In this document: in pieces, positions 28,586 through 37,399 of the stretch | Layout: the number at the start of each line of letters is the position of its first letter | Numbering within the stretch: the stretch's first letter is position 1 | Sequence record: KJ019095.1 | Reading direction: 5' to 3' (one strand) | Length of the DNA: 64,000 nucleotides | Made by a program: the position numbers and the translations under genes | Notes under the pieces: model-generated | Databases searched by the model: none | Told to the model about the DNA's origin: nothing | The model's input: only the letters and a program-made list of their open reading frames with translations

Positions 28586-31396
28586 ATGGGTAATCTACAC
28601 AAATGGTTTTCAGGTTCCAAGTCCAAAGACGGCAAGTCTGGATGGGTGAATGTAAAGACTGGTGGTACCTGTGCAAGTGATGAACCCGGAGAGGGCACAC
28701 CCAAGTGTGTGTCTTCATCTAAAAGAGCTAGTATGACCAAATCCGAAAGGGAGTCTGCTTCTCGTAGAAAGAAAGCTGCTGACCCTGGACAACAACAAAA
28801 GTCAGGTGCTGCTAAACCAACTTACGTATCTACCGACAAGCCTAAGAAGATGAAAAAAGAACATTTTTCTAATTGGAGGGATGATACACCAGAACCAATG
28901 GTCAATGAACTCTTTGGATTGGGTAAGAAGAAGGAAAAGAAAAACAACGGTTCTGGTGGTTCTTTCTCAGCTTCTACGGCAGAGGCGAATGCTAGATCCA
29001 GGGGGTGGAAACCTGAAAACGAAAAACCAAAACCCATGGGTGCTTTTGGTCCAGAAAAGGGAACGAGTAAATCCCCAGACCAATTCAGAAATGTGAAGAA
29101 AGCTTTGGGTATTCGTCCAAAACCAGAACCCAAAGTTACAAGTCAAACAAAACCAGAACCCAAAGTTACAAGTCAAACAAAACCAGAACCCAAAGTTACA
29201 AGTCAAACAAAACCAGATCCTACACCCAAGTCCAATCCATATTCTGGAAAGGATAAGTTAAAACCCCAAAGTTTTAGTACTGCAGTTAAATCTGGTACTA
29301 AAATGAAAAAGAGTACTCCATCAGCCCCAGGTAAAATTGTGACTCAACAAGGTAATCAAAAAGAGCAGTTTTCTAACTGGAGAGATAACTACGTAGCCAC
29401 TGAGCACGAGTTCATCGATCTCATCAAACCAGAACCTATGGTAGGTATCTCCGAAACCAAGGAAGGTCAGATGAAATCTGGTAGGGAGCAGTATAAGAAA
29501 GAGAAGGAGGAAGGTCGTTATGGTGGAACTAAACCTTCTAATGAGAGAGTCGCAAAACTCATGAAGAAGCTGAAGGAGGAGACCAAGCAAGATGGTCCCG
29601 AACCTACAACGAAACAGACTCGTGGTGCTATGAAGAACATTCGTAGTAAAATGAATACTGCAAGTCACAAAGACCCAGATAAGAAGAAGACAAAGCAAGA
29701 ACTAGCTTTCCAAAAGGCTAGAGCTAAGGCTTGGGGTATGACTGAAGGAAAGGAAGAGAAGAGAAAGGATGCAATGCCCGAGGGTGATGTTGGATATGAG
29801 ATTCATAAGAAAGCAGTTGCCCAATACAACAAACAGAACCCTAGTAAGAAGGTGAAGGAGGAAGTAGAAATCTCCGAAGAAGATAAGAAGGGTTCAGGTA
29901 GTGGTAAGAAAGACGCCTGTTACAATAAGGTGAAGGCATCAGCTTCTGTATGGCCATCAGCTTATGCTTCTGGTCGTTTAGTTCAGTGCCGTAAGAAAGG
30001 TGCTGCCAACTATGGCAAATCCAAGAATGAGGAGTTTATCAGTATTGTAGCCTCCGAGTATTTCATCAATGAAGGACTCAATGATGAGGGAGTGGCAGAA
30101 CTAGTTGATTTGTTGGGACCTATTCAGTTTGGTGAATTGGTTAATGAGATTGCTGAGGGTGTAGAAGAAGATCTACTTACTGAAGCTAGAGCTGGTGGAG
30201 TTAAGATTGAACCCAAGAATAAGTCTGGTACTAGAGTTTCAGATCTATCCAAGGGAGCTAGAACTAGAGCTATTAACACACTCCGTAAAGAGAAGGCAGC
30301 TAAGAGAGCTGGTGAAGGTGAAGGTGGCAAGGGCAGTCTAAAGGACTCCCTAAAATCACAAGCAAAGGCAGCTAAGAAACCAGAACCCAAAAAGGCTAAG
30401 AAGGAAGAACCCAAAAAGGAAGCAGCTAAACCAGCAGTTGAGAAGGCTAAAGCCACTCAACCTAAGAAGAGAGGTTTCTTAGATTCTGTAGCCCGTCAAG
30501 TTAATAAGGGTATGGATCGTCATAGAAAGGCAATGGAACTAGCCCGTGAAACTGGTAAGGTAGCTAAGAAGGCAGCCAATATTGGTGGTCAAGTTGCTAA
30601 AGGTGCAGTTCAAGGTGTTAAGGACACCGCCAAGACAACCAAAAACGTAGCTGATAAACTAAAAGAAGAATACGTATTGGTTGTATCTGAAGAGTGGAAG
30701 CCTGACCCCACTGAGAAACGTGAAAAGAAAGCTGCTAAGCTAGGTAGGGATGAAGAGATCGAGAAAGGCAAGTCCAAGAAATATGGACGCGATGAATCCA
30801 AGATTGACAAACTCTACAAGCGTCGTATGGCTGTTCAGTTCAAAAAGAAAATGAGTGAGGAAAGACTAGACGAACTCAAGTGTTGGAAAGGTTACAAGCG
30901 TAAGAAGGGTTCTACACCTGGAGCTCCTGGTTCCTGTGTGAAAGAAGGTTTCTCCAGTTGGAGAGACGACCTTGACCTTATGGAAGGTGTTGCAGCTTGG
31001 CAACGTAAGTTTGTTTCTGAAGAATCCAAAAGAGAACTTCAGATTCGTGCTTCGAAGGGTGACAAGGCAGCCATGAAGAAACTTCATCAACTTCGTGCCG
31101 ATGGTAAGATTGGTAAAGAACCTGGTTTTGAACCTAAGAGAGATCTTCCTGAAGGTGCAGCATGGACACGTAAAGAGGGAAAGAATAAAGCCGGGGGGCT
31201 TAACGAGAAGGGACGTAAGTCTTACGAACGAGAGAACCCCGGCAGTGACCTCAAAGCACCACAACCTGAGGGTGGTAGTCGCAAGAAGTCGTTTTGCGCA
31301 CGTATGAGCGGAATGAAGAAGAAACTAACCTCTTCTAAGACTGCTAACGATCCCGATTCAAGAATCAATAAGTCACTAAGAAAATGGAACTGCTGA
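28586..31396 (+). CDS. Modular Lys-rich protein (936 aa) with DUF5872-like and DUF6321-like modules; putative internal head polyprotein
   Basis: Modules NLHKWF...GWV...PKCV, KDACYNKVK...WPSAYASGRLVQCRKKG, KCWKGY...CVKE and AAWTRKEGKN...SFCARM...SLRKWNC are separated by E-rich linkers. Confidence 0.75.
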   Translation: MGNLHKWFSGSKSKDGKSGWVNVKTGGTCASDEPGEGTPKCVSSSKRASMTKSERESASRRKKAADPGQQQKSGAAKPTYVSTDKPKKMKKEHFSNWRDDTPEPMVNELFGLGKKKEKKNNGSGGSFSASTAEANARSRGWKPENEKPKPMGAFGPEKGTSKSPDQFRNVKKALGIRPKPEPKVTSQTKPEPKVTSQTKPEPKVTSQTKPDPTPKSNPYSGKDKLKPQSFSTAVKSGTKMKKSTPSAPGKIVTQQGNQKEQFSNWRDNYVATEHEFIDLIKPEPMVGISETKEGQMKSGREQYKKEKEEGRYGGTKPSNERVAKLMKKLKEETKQDGPEPTTKQTRGAMKNIRSKMNTASHKDPDKKKTKQELAFQKARAKAWGMTEGKEEKRKDAMPEGDVGYEIHKKAVAQYNKQNPSKKVKEEVEISEEDKKGSGSGKKDACYNKVKASASVWPSAYASGRLVQCRKKGAANYGKSKNEEFISIVASEYFINEGLNDEGVAELVDLLGPIQFGELVNEIAEGVEEDLLTEARAGGVKIEPKNKSGTRVSDLSKGARTRAINTLRKEKAAKRAGEGEGGKGSLKDSLKSQAKAAKKPEPKKAKKEEPKKEAAKPAVEKAKATQPKKRGFLDSVARQVNKGMDRHRKAMELARETGKVAKKAANIGGQVAKGAVQGVKDTAKTTKNVADKLKEEYVLVVSEEWKPDPTEKREKKAAKLGRDEEIEKGKSKKYGRDESKIDKLYKRRMAVQFKKKMSEERLDELKCWKGYKRKKGSTPGAPGSCVKEGFSSWRDDLDLMEGVAAWQRKFVSEESKRELQIRASKGDKAAMKKLHQLRADGKIGKEPGFEPKRDLPEGAAWTRKEGKNKAGGLNEKGRKSYERENPGSDLKAPQPEGGSRKKSFCARMSGMKKKLTSSKTANDPDSRINKSLRKWNC
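29118..29217 (+). repeat. Perfect 30-bp tandem repeat, about 3.3 copies (KPEPKVTSQT)n
   Basis: AACCAGAACCCAAAGTTACAAGTCAAACAA starts at 29121, 29151 and 29181, with partial flanking copies. Confidence 0.95.
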
Positions 31397-31500
31397 GAAC
31401 CGCCCTGTCCCACACTTGGTTTGTGGGAATTTTGTCATACTTACTGGTAACAATTCCCGTTATTGGAATTGATATAATCCACAGACAAGAAAACAACTAA
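31384..31500 (+). CDS. Small single-TM protein (38 aa), not in the ORF track
   Basis: MELLRTALSHTWFVGILSYLLVTIPVIGIDIIHRQENN*. It overlaps the previous stop and ends 2 nt before the next ATG. Confidence 0.55.
   Translation: MELLRTALSHTWFVGILSYLLVTIPVIGIDIIHRQENN
31470..31478 (+). promoter_or_regulatory. Possible extended -10 sigma70 promoter (TG-A-TATAAT)
   Basis: Consensus extended -10 about 25 nt upstream of the 31503 ATG. It lies inside a small ORF, so it may be coincidental. Confidence 0.3.
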
Positions 31501-31502
31501 CA

Positions 31503-32714
31503 ATGTCTATCCTAACTCACACTAATAATAACTACGAAAGGTACGATGAGGACAATGTTCTAGCGTCACCTCAGCCTGCATTTAGGAGTGAGAGTATGGA
31601 TGCAGTTGGTTGGACTAATTTTACCTGGAAAGATTTTGATGGTGATTATGTCAAGACTCTAGTGGGTGGTGGTATAACTTCTATTAATGAGTATGTGAAG
31701 AGAGACGTAGATAATAATATAGTCACTCAACCCCAATACATCAGGCACGATATAGACAATAACCCAGTAGGTAGTTTGAATCCACTAGAAATTGTAGGTG
31801 TTGGTAATATCACAGCACCTAACGGATTTGCTGTCGGTAGGGATATGGCTGGTCAGGTTGCTGGTTATCAGGGTGGTACTGAACCCATCACTGTTGAAGG
31901 TCAGTTACAGAAACAAGAAACCCCTGGTGGTGCTTGGATTGGTATTAGTCCTTGGACGGCAGTTGATACTGCAGTAAAAGAAATAGACTCTTCTTTGGTG
32001 GGAGCTAAACTTCGTATTTCTACTAGAATTCAAGATGCCATAATCGCTCCATCATATCTCACTACCAATACTCCTGCTTCGGATGTTGTTGTTGGTGAGA
32101 TGACTCCCGATGTGAAAGGTACTCTTACTTCTAGTGGAGCGGACCCTGCATATCCAGGAGATGTACTTACTCAGACAGAAGGCACTATAACCGGTGGTAT
32201 CGCTCCATTTACTAAGTCATATCAATGGTTTAGAAGAGAAACTGGCACCACGAATGCGTATGCATTCTTTGGTGCTCCAGATGGATTGACTTATACTATT
32301 CAGTATAGTGATATTGGTTATGATGTTAAAGCAAGAACTAGGTGGCAAGATTCATATAACTATCTTAGAACCGTCGGTACGGTTCCAAACCACATTGAGG
32401 TTATAGCAGAACCACTAGAATTGGTATCAAAGGGAACTCTCGATGGAATTGGGCGATCAGGCACAGTCCTAACACAAACTGCAGCAGTATTCAGTGGTGG
32501 TGTTCCCCCATTCACTTATAGATATGAATGGGTTAGGAGAGTGACTGGTGAGTCTGGATTCTTCGAGTTTGGTGCTCCAGATGGTCTTCAGTATATTATT
32601 AGGTCTTCTGATATCGGTTATGATATTAGAGGAAGAACCGAAATCTTTGACTCCCTAGGAAATTCGAAGAGTAGTAGTTCTACTATTCCTGGAGATGTTT
32701 CAGTAACATCATAA
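31503..32714 (+). CDS. Putative virion decoration protein with tandem Ig-like domains (403 aa)
   Basis: Two clear ~100-aa repeats (GTL...G.VLTQT...GG..PFT..Y.W.RR...FGAPDGL.Y.I..SDIGYD) and a degenerate third. Confidence 0.6.
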   Translation: MSILTHTNNNYERYDEDNVLASPQPAFRSESMDAVGWTNFTWKDFDGDYVKTLVGGGITSINEYVKRDVDNNIVTQPQYIRHDIDNNPVGSLNPLEIVGVGNITAPNGFAVGRDMAGQVAGYQGGTEPITVEGQLQKQETPGGAWIGISPWTAVDTAVKEIDSSLVGAKLRISTRIQDAIIAPSYLTTNTPASDVVVGEMTPDVKGTLTSSGADPAYPGDVLTQTEGTITGGIAPFTKSYQWFRRETGTTNAYAFFGAPDGLTYTIQYSDIGYDVKARTRWQDSYNYLRTVGTVPNHIEVIAEPLELVSKGTLDGIGRSGTVLTQTAAVFSGGVPPFTYRYEWVRRVTGESGFFEFGAPDGLQYIIRSSDIGYDIRGRTEIFDSLGNSKSSSSTIPGDVSVTS

Positions 32715-32743
32715 CCCCTACATAAGGTAGGTATAATATTATT

Positions 32744-34390
32744 ATGGCGGATACTAAGTATCTTGGGAATCCAAACCTGAAGAAGGCGAACGTTGCTGTC
32801 AACTTCACTTTGGAACAGGTGAAGGAGTATGTTAGATGTAAAGAAGACCCAATCTTTTTTGCCAGGAACTACATTAAGATTGTGTCCCTGGACCATGGTC
32901 TTGTGCCATTTAAGTTGTATGATTTCCAGGAAGACTTAGTTAGAAGTTTCCATGAGAAGAGATTTACTATCTGTAAGATGCCTAGACAGACAGGTAAGTC
33001 TACAACCTGTGTGGCGTTTCTTCTCCACTACTTGGTATTCAATGATAATGTCAACGTCGGTATCCTAGCAAACAAAGCAGCAACTGCTAGAGAGATTCTA
33101 GGACGACTACAGATTGCATATGAAAACTTACCGTCGTGGATGCAACACGGTATTGTATCTTGGAACAAAGGTTCAGTGGAGTTAGAAAATGGCAGTAAGA
33201 TATTGGCAGCTTCTACGTCTGCAAGTGCTGTCCGAGGTATGTCTTTTAATATCATCTTCCTCGATGAATTTGCGTTCGTTCAGAACAATATTGCAGAGCA
33301 GTTCTTTGCCTCTGTTTATCCTACTATTACTTCTGGTAAATCAACGAAAGTAATCATCGTTTCCACGCCACATGGTATGAACCACTTCTACCGAATGTGG
33401 CATGATGCTGAGAGGGGTATAAATGAGTACAATCCAATTGAAGTTCACTGGTCTCAGGTACCGGGAAGAGACTCCATATGGAAAGAACAAACTATTAAGA
33501 ACACTTCTGCTGAACAGTTCAAGGTTGAGTTTGAGTGTGAATTCATTGGTTCTGTTGATACTTTGATTGCTCCATCTGTTCTCAGGGCGATGGAATACAG
33601 AGAACCAATTAGGAAGCAAAAGAGTTTAGATATATTCTACGAACCAGAAAAAGATAACATCTATGTAATCACCGTAGATGTCGCCAGAGGGGTCGGAAAG
33701 GATTACTCTGCCTTTGTGGTGTTTGATGTCACAAAGTTCCCCTACAAGGTCGTGGCGAAGTATAGAGACAACGAAATCAAACCAATGGTATTCCCCAGTA
33801 TCATTGAGAGGGTGGCAAAGTCATATAATAGGGCGTGGTGTCTTATTGAGGTGAATGATATTGGTGACCAAGTTGCCTCTATCCTAAACTATGATTTGGA
33901 GTATCCCAACCTCATGATGTGTGCTATGAGAGGTAGGGCTGGTCAGCAACTAGGTGCGGGTTTCAGTGGGTCCAAGACTCAGTTGGGTGTGAAGATGAGT
34001 GTTGCCACCAAGAAACTAGGTTGCTCCAACCTCAAGACTCTGGTGGAGGAAACTAAACTAATCTTTGAAGACTACAATATTGTTCAGGAACTGACGACCT
34101 TTATTCAAAAGAACAACTCATTCCAAGCGGAAGAGGGGTGTAATGATGACTTGGCTATGTGCTTGGTTATCTTCTCTTGGGTAGTGGCTCAGGACTACTT
34201 CAAAGAGATGACTAACAATGATGTGAGAAAGGAGATATACAATGAAAAGGAGAACCAGATTGAACAGGATATGTCACCATTTGGTTTCTTCTCTGACGGA
34301 ACTGAAGAGGGTACCTTTGTAGATAATAGTGGGGACGTGTGGCACACTGATGAATATGGGGATATGAGCCACATGTGGGAATATATGTAG
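32744..34390 (+). CDS. gp17: Terminase large subunit gp17
   Basis: Walker A region KMPRQTGKST, Walker B IIFLDEFAF, and nuclease ITVDVARGVGKDYSA and GCNDDLAMCL. No intein is evident. Confidence 0.97.
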   Translation: MADTKYLGNPNLKKANVAVNFTLEQVKEYVRCKEDPIFFARNYIKIVSLDHGLVPFKLYDFQEDLVRSFHEKRFTICKMPRQTGKSTTCVAFLLHYLVFNDNVNVGILANKAATAREILGRLQIAYENLPSWMQHGIVSWNKGSVELENGSKILAASTSASAVRGMSFNIIFLDEFAFVQNNIAEQFFASVYPTITSGKSTKVIIVSTPHGMNHFYRMWHDAERGINEYNPIEVHWSQVPGRDSIWKEQTIKNTSAEQFKVEFECEFIGSVDTLIAPSVLRAMEYREPIRKQKSLDIFYEPEKDNIYVITVDVARGVGKDYSAFVVFDVTKFPYKVVAKYRDNEIKPMVFPSIIERVAKSYNRAWCLIEVNDIGDQVASILNYDLEYPNLMMCAMRGRAGQQLGAGFSGSKTQLGVKMSVATKKLGCSNLKTLVEETKLIFEDYNIVQELTTFIQKNNSFQAEEGCNDDLAMCLVIFSWVVAQDYFKEMTNNDVRKEIYNEKENQIEQDMSPFGFFSDGTEEGTFVDNSGDVWHTDEYGDMSHMWEYM

Positions 34391-34408
34391 TTCTAAAATA
34401 CATATTTC

Positions 34409-34416
34409 TATAAATA
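34409..34416 (+). promoter_or_regulatory. Late promoter TATAAATA upstream of gp18
   Basis: Exact consensus. Confidence 0.85.
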
Positions 34417-34458
34417 TTTCTAGATTAATTTCGGACTTTCAAAAGGGAGAACCAAAAG

Positions 34459-36654
34459 ATGCCAGTAAACTTAGCATCGCCCGGAATTGTCGTAAGAGAG
34501 GTGGACCTTACCCTAGGTAATGTACAGACTTCTACGGACAAGACCGGCGCAATTGTTGCCTCTTTCGCAAGAGGACCTGTTGATAAGCCAACCCTAATCG
34601 CAAGCGAGAACGAGCTTCTCGATGTCTTCGGACAACCCTCATCTACTGATAGGCAGTATGAAGGATGGCTATCCATTTCTTCTTATTTGTCATATGGCGG
34701 TATTATGCAGGTTGTTCGTTCTGACAACGAGAAACTCAATAATAGCTTTGTGGGCACGGCCAGCAGCATTAAAATTAAAAGCTTAGAGGATTATAACGAT
34801 CTAGCTTATGATGAGAACCAGATTCCTGGTGTCACGGTAGCATCCAGAAACCCAGGATCCTGGGCAAACGGTATTAAGGTAGCGTTTATTGATGGTAAAG
34901 CTGACCAATATGTCAGTTCAGTGGGTCTTGGCACTTCAGCCACTTCTTCCATTGCTCTAGGACAGGGTGTAATTCAAACTATCAGCAAAGTTGCTGCTGG
35001 TGCGGGCACTACACAATTAGTAGAAGGAGACCTTAAGGGTATTATTACTGGAGTAAACACCTCCACGGATCAACTAGAAGTTAAAGTCCTTTCATTCACT
35101 CCCTCAACTGGTTCAAACGCAGGCGTACAATTCGAAGTTGATTATCAACAGGGTGGTACTTGGTCGTTTGTAACTGGACTCTTCCAGGTATATTCTAGCG
35201 TAGGTCTAGTGACCTCAGTAGTAGCCGGTGGAGCATCAGATTGGTTTGATGATCAAACTATCTCCGTTCAAGGTGGTAGAACAACAGTTAATTGGAACTC
35301 CCTAGCCAACAGACCAACCACAACTGAGTTCGCAAGAACTAGAAACGCTCGTTTCGATGAATTCCACATTGTCATTTTTGATGACACAGGTGATGTTACT
35401 GGTAATGCCGGTACCATTCTAGAGAAGAATATTGGAATGTCCAAGGGTACAGATGCTGAGTTCTCAGCTGGTACTCCTTCTTACTGGAGAAAGTATCTAG
35501 CTAACACTTCTTCTTATCTCTTTGGTGGATCATCCCCAGTTGGTGTTGTTACAACTTCCTTTGAGCCCGATAACGGTAATGGTTTCGTTCCTGAAACTGG
35601 CGGTGAGTGGGATCAACAGACCCGTAATAAGAACTTCTATTCCTGTGGTAACCTAGCGGTAACTATGGAGGGTGGTAAGAACTACGACGGTGGAACTGAT
35701 ATCGATGCAATCGGTGCGTTAAGAGTAGATGTTGGTGATATCGCAGCAGGTTACGACAACTTTGAGTCCGATGACGAGACTGATATTGATTTCCTAATTA
35801 TGGGATCAGCAGCCTACAACGAACCTGAAACTCAGTCACTAGCTAACAAGATCATCTCGATCGCAGAACTACGTAAGGACGCTATGGCGTTCATTTCACC
35901 TTACAGAGGTTCTCAGATTACTGATTCTGGATCAGGTGCTCAGGTTACTATCAACTCTAACAAGATTACTGATAACCTAATCAGTTTCTACTCAACTGTA
36001 GCTTCTTCCAGTTACGCCGTATTGGACACTGGTTACAAGTACATGTATGATAGGTTCGCAGACAAGTTCAGATATGTTCCTATGAACGGGGACATCGCTG
36101 GATGTTGTGCAAGAACCGATCAAGTAGCTTTCCCTTGGTTCTCACCAGCAGGAACTACAAGAGGAGCAATCCTCAATGGTGTAAGACTAGCTTACAACCC
36201 AACACAACAACAGAGAGATCGCCTCTACTCCGCTAGAATCAATCCTGTCATCTTCGCTAATGATGTTGGTGGTATTGTTCTCTTCGGTGATAAGACAGCC
36301 CTATCAGCCTCTTCCGCTTTCGATAGAATCAACGTTCGTCGTTTGTTTATCTACGTAGAAGACGCTGTTAGTTCAGCCGCCAAGGATCAACTCTTTGAAT
36401 TTAACGATGAAGTTACTAGAACTAACTTCGTGAATATTGTAGAACCTTTCCTTCGTGATGTTCAAGCGAAAAGAGGTATTACAGACTTCATTGTAGTTTG
36501 TGACGAAACCAATAACACACCTGCTGTTGTTGATAGAAACGAGTTCGTCGCTGACATCTTCATCAAACCAACCCGTTCCATTAACTTCATCGGTCTAACG
36601 TTTGTTGCTACCCGCACTGGCGTAAGTTTCGAAGAGGTTGTTGGTACTGTTTAA
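34459..36654 (+). CDS. gp18: Tail sheath protein gp18
   Basis: LASPGIVVREVDLT, PWFSPAGTTRG, SAFDRINVRRLF and IFIKPTRSINFIGLTFVATRTGVSFEE. Confidence 0.97.
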   Translation: MPVNLASPGIVVREVDLTLGNVQTSTDKTGAIVASFARGPVDKPTLIASENELLDVFGQPSSTDRQYEGWLSISSYLSYGGIMQVVRSDNEKLNNSFVGTASSIKIKSLEDYNDLAYDENQIPGVTVASRNPGSWANGIKVAFIDGKADQYVSSVGLGTSATSSIALGQGVIQTISKVAAGAGTTQLVEGDLKGIITGVNTSTDQLEVKVLSFTPSTGSNAGVQFEVDYQQGGTWSFVTGLFQVYSSVGLVTSVVAGGASDWFDDQTISVQGGRTTVNWNSLANRPTTTEFARTRNARFDEFHIVIFDDTGDVTGNAGTILEKNIGMSKGTDAEFSAGTPSYWRKYLANTSSYLFGGSSPVGVVTTSFEPDNGNGFVPETGGEWDQQTRNKNFYSCGNLAVTMEGGKNYDGGTDIDAIGALRVDVGDIAAGYDNFESDDETDIDFLIMGSAAYNEPETQSLANKIISIAELRKDAMAFISPYRGSQITDSGSGAQVTINSNKITDNLISFYSTVASSSYAVLDTGYKYMYDRFADKFRYVPMNGDIAGCCARTDQVAFPWFSPAGTTRGAILNGVRLAYNPTQQQRDRLYSARINPVIFANDVGGIVLFGDKTALSASSAFDRINVRRLFIYVEDAVSSAAKDQLFEFNDEVTRTNFVNIVEPFLRDVQAKRGITDFIVVCDETNNTPAVVDRNEFVADIFIKPTRSINFIGLTFVATRTGVSFEEVVGTV

Positions 36655-36694
36655 TTCACTTCTACCTAAACAAATTTTCAAGGAGCAACCCTAA

Positions 36695-37291
36695 ATGGCA
36701 AGCACAAGATCTCAGGTAGAGGGTCCAGTATTGAGGACGCTGAGTGACTTTAAAGCTAAAATGACTGGTGGCGGTGCCCGCCCCAATCTATTTGAAGTCG
36801 TTCTTCAGTTCCCAATCTCAGCACCTACCGATACCGATACACTACAGAAAACACGTTTCTTAGTTAAGGCAGCTGCACTTCCAGCTTCAAACATTGGTCC
36901 CATCGAAGTTCCCTTCCGTGGTCGTGTTTTGAAACTAGCAGGTGACAGAACCTTCGATACCTGGACTATTACAGTTCTAAACGACACGGATTTCTCAATC
37001 CGTTCAGCGTTCGAGAAGTGGATGAACTCCATGAATCGTATGGAAGACGCAACTGGTACTCAGGATCCAGCTTTCTATCAGTCAGACGCATATGTCTATC
37101 AGTTAGACAGAGATGGTTCAACTCTACGTACCTATCGTTTCCACGACGTGTTCCCCAATAACCTATCTTCTATGGATCTCAACTATGAGACCACAGATAG
37201 CATCCACGAATTCACAGTGGAAATGCAGGTTCAGTGGTGGGAAGCAATCAGAGGAACCGGACGTAATGCCGGTGGTGAAGATATCTTCTAA
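36695..37291 (+). CDS. gp19: Tail tube protein gp19
   Basis: GGGARPNLFEV, VPFRGRVLKLAGDRTFDTWTITVLND and EFTVEMQVQWWE. Confidence 0.96.
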   Translation: MASTRSQVEGPVLRTLSDFKAKMTGGGARPNLFEVVLQFPISAPTDTDTLQKTRFLVKAAALPASNIGPIEVPFRGRVLKLAGDRTFDTWTITVLNDTDFSIRSAFEKWMNSMNRMEDATGTQDPAFYQSDAYVYQLDRDGSTLRTYRFHDVFPNNLSSMDLNYETTDSIHEFTVEMQVQWWEAIRGTGRNAGGEDIF

Positions 37292-37307
37292 ACCTAGTTC
37301 AGTACAA

Positions 37308-37337
37308 GAGACCTCCTCAAAAAGGGGGTCTTTTTTT
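37308..37337 (+). terminator. Rho-independent terminator after gp19
   Basis: GACCTCCT-caaaa-AGGGGGTC stem followed by T7. Confidence 0.85.
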
Positions 37338-37341
37338 ATGC

Positions 37342-37349
37342 GCTAAATA
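37342..37349 (+). promoter_or_regulatory. Late promoter variant GCTAAATA upstream of gp20
   Basis: CTAAATA core immediately after the terminator. Confidence 0.6.
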
Positions 37350-37399
37350 TATTCACGGGTCGTACCCATACATGTTATTATAGGAAGAAAATACTCGTT

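Noticed and set aside
29118-29217. CRISPR-like array or DGR template
   Set aside because: The repeats are head-to-tail without spacers and in frame in a CDS. No reverse transcriptase or adenine-specific variant pair was seen in the window.
28822-31413. Minus-strand ORFs opposite the polyprotein, including one with a repeated LTCNFGFWFC
   Set aside because: They are reverse-complement products of the Lys-rich gene and its 30-bp tandem repeat.
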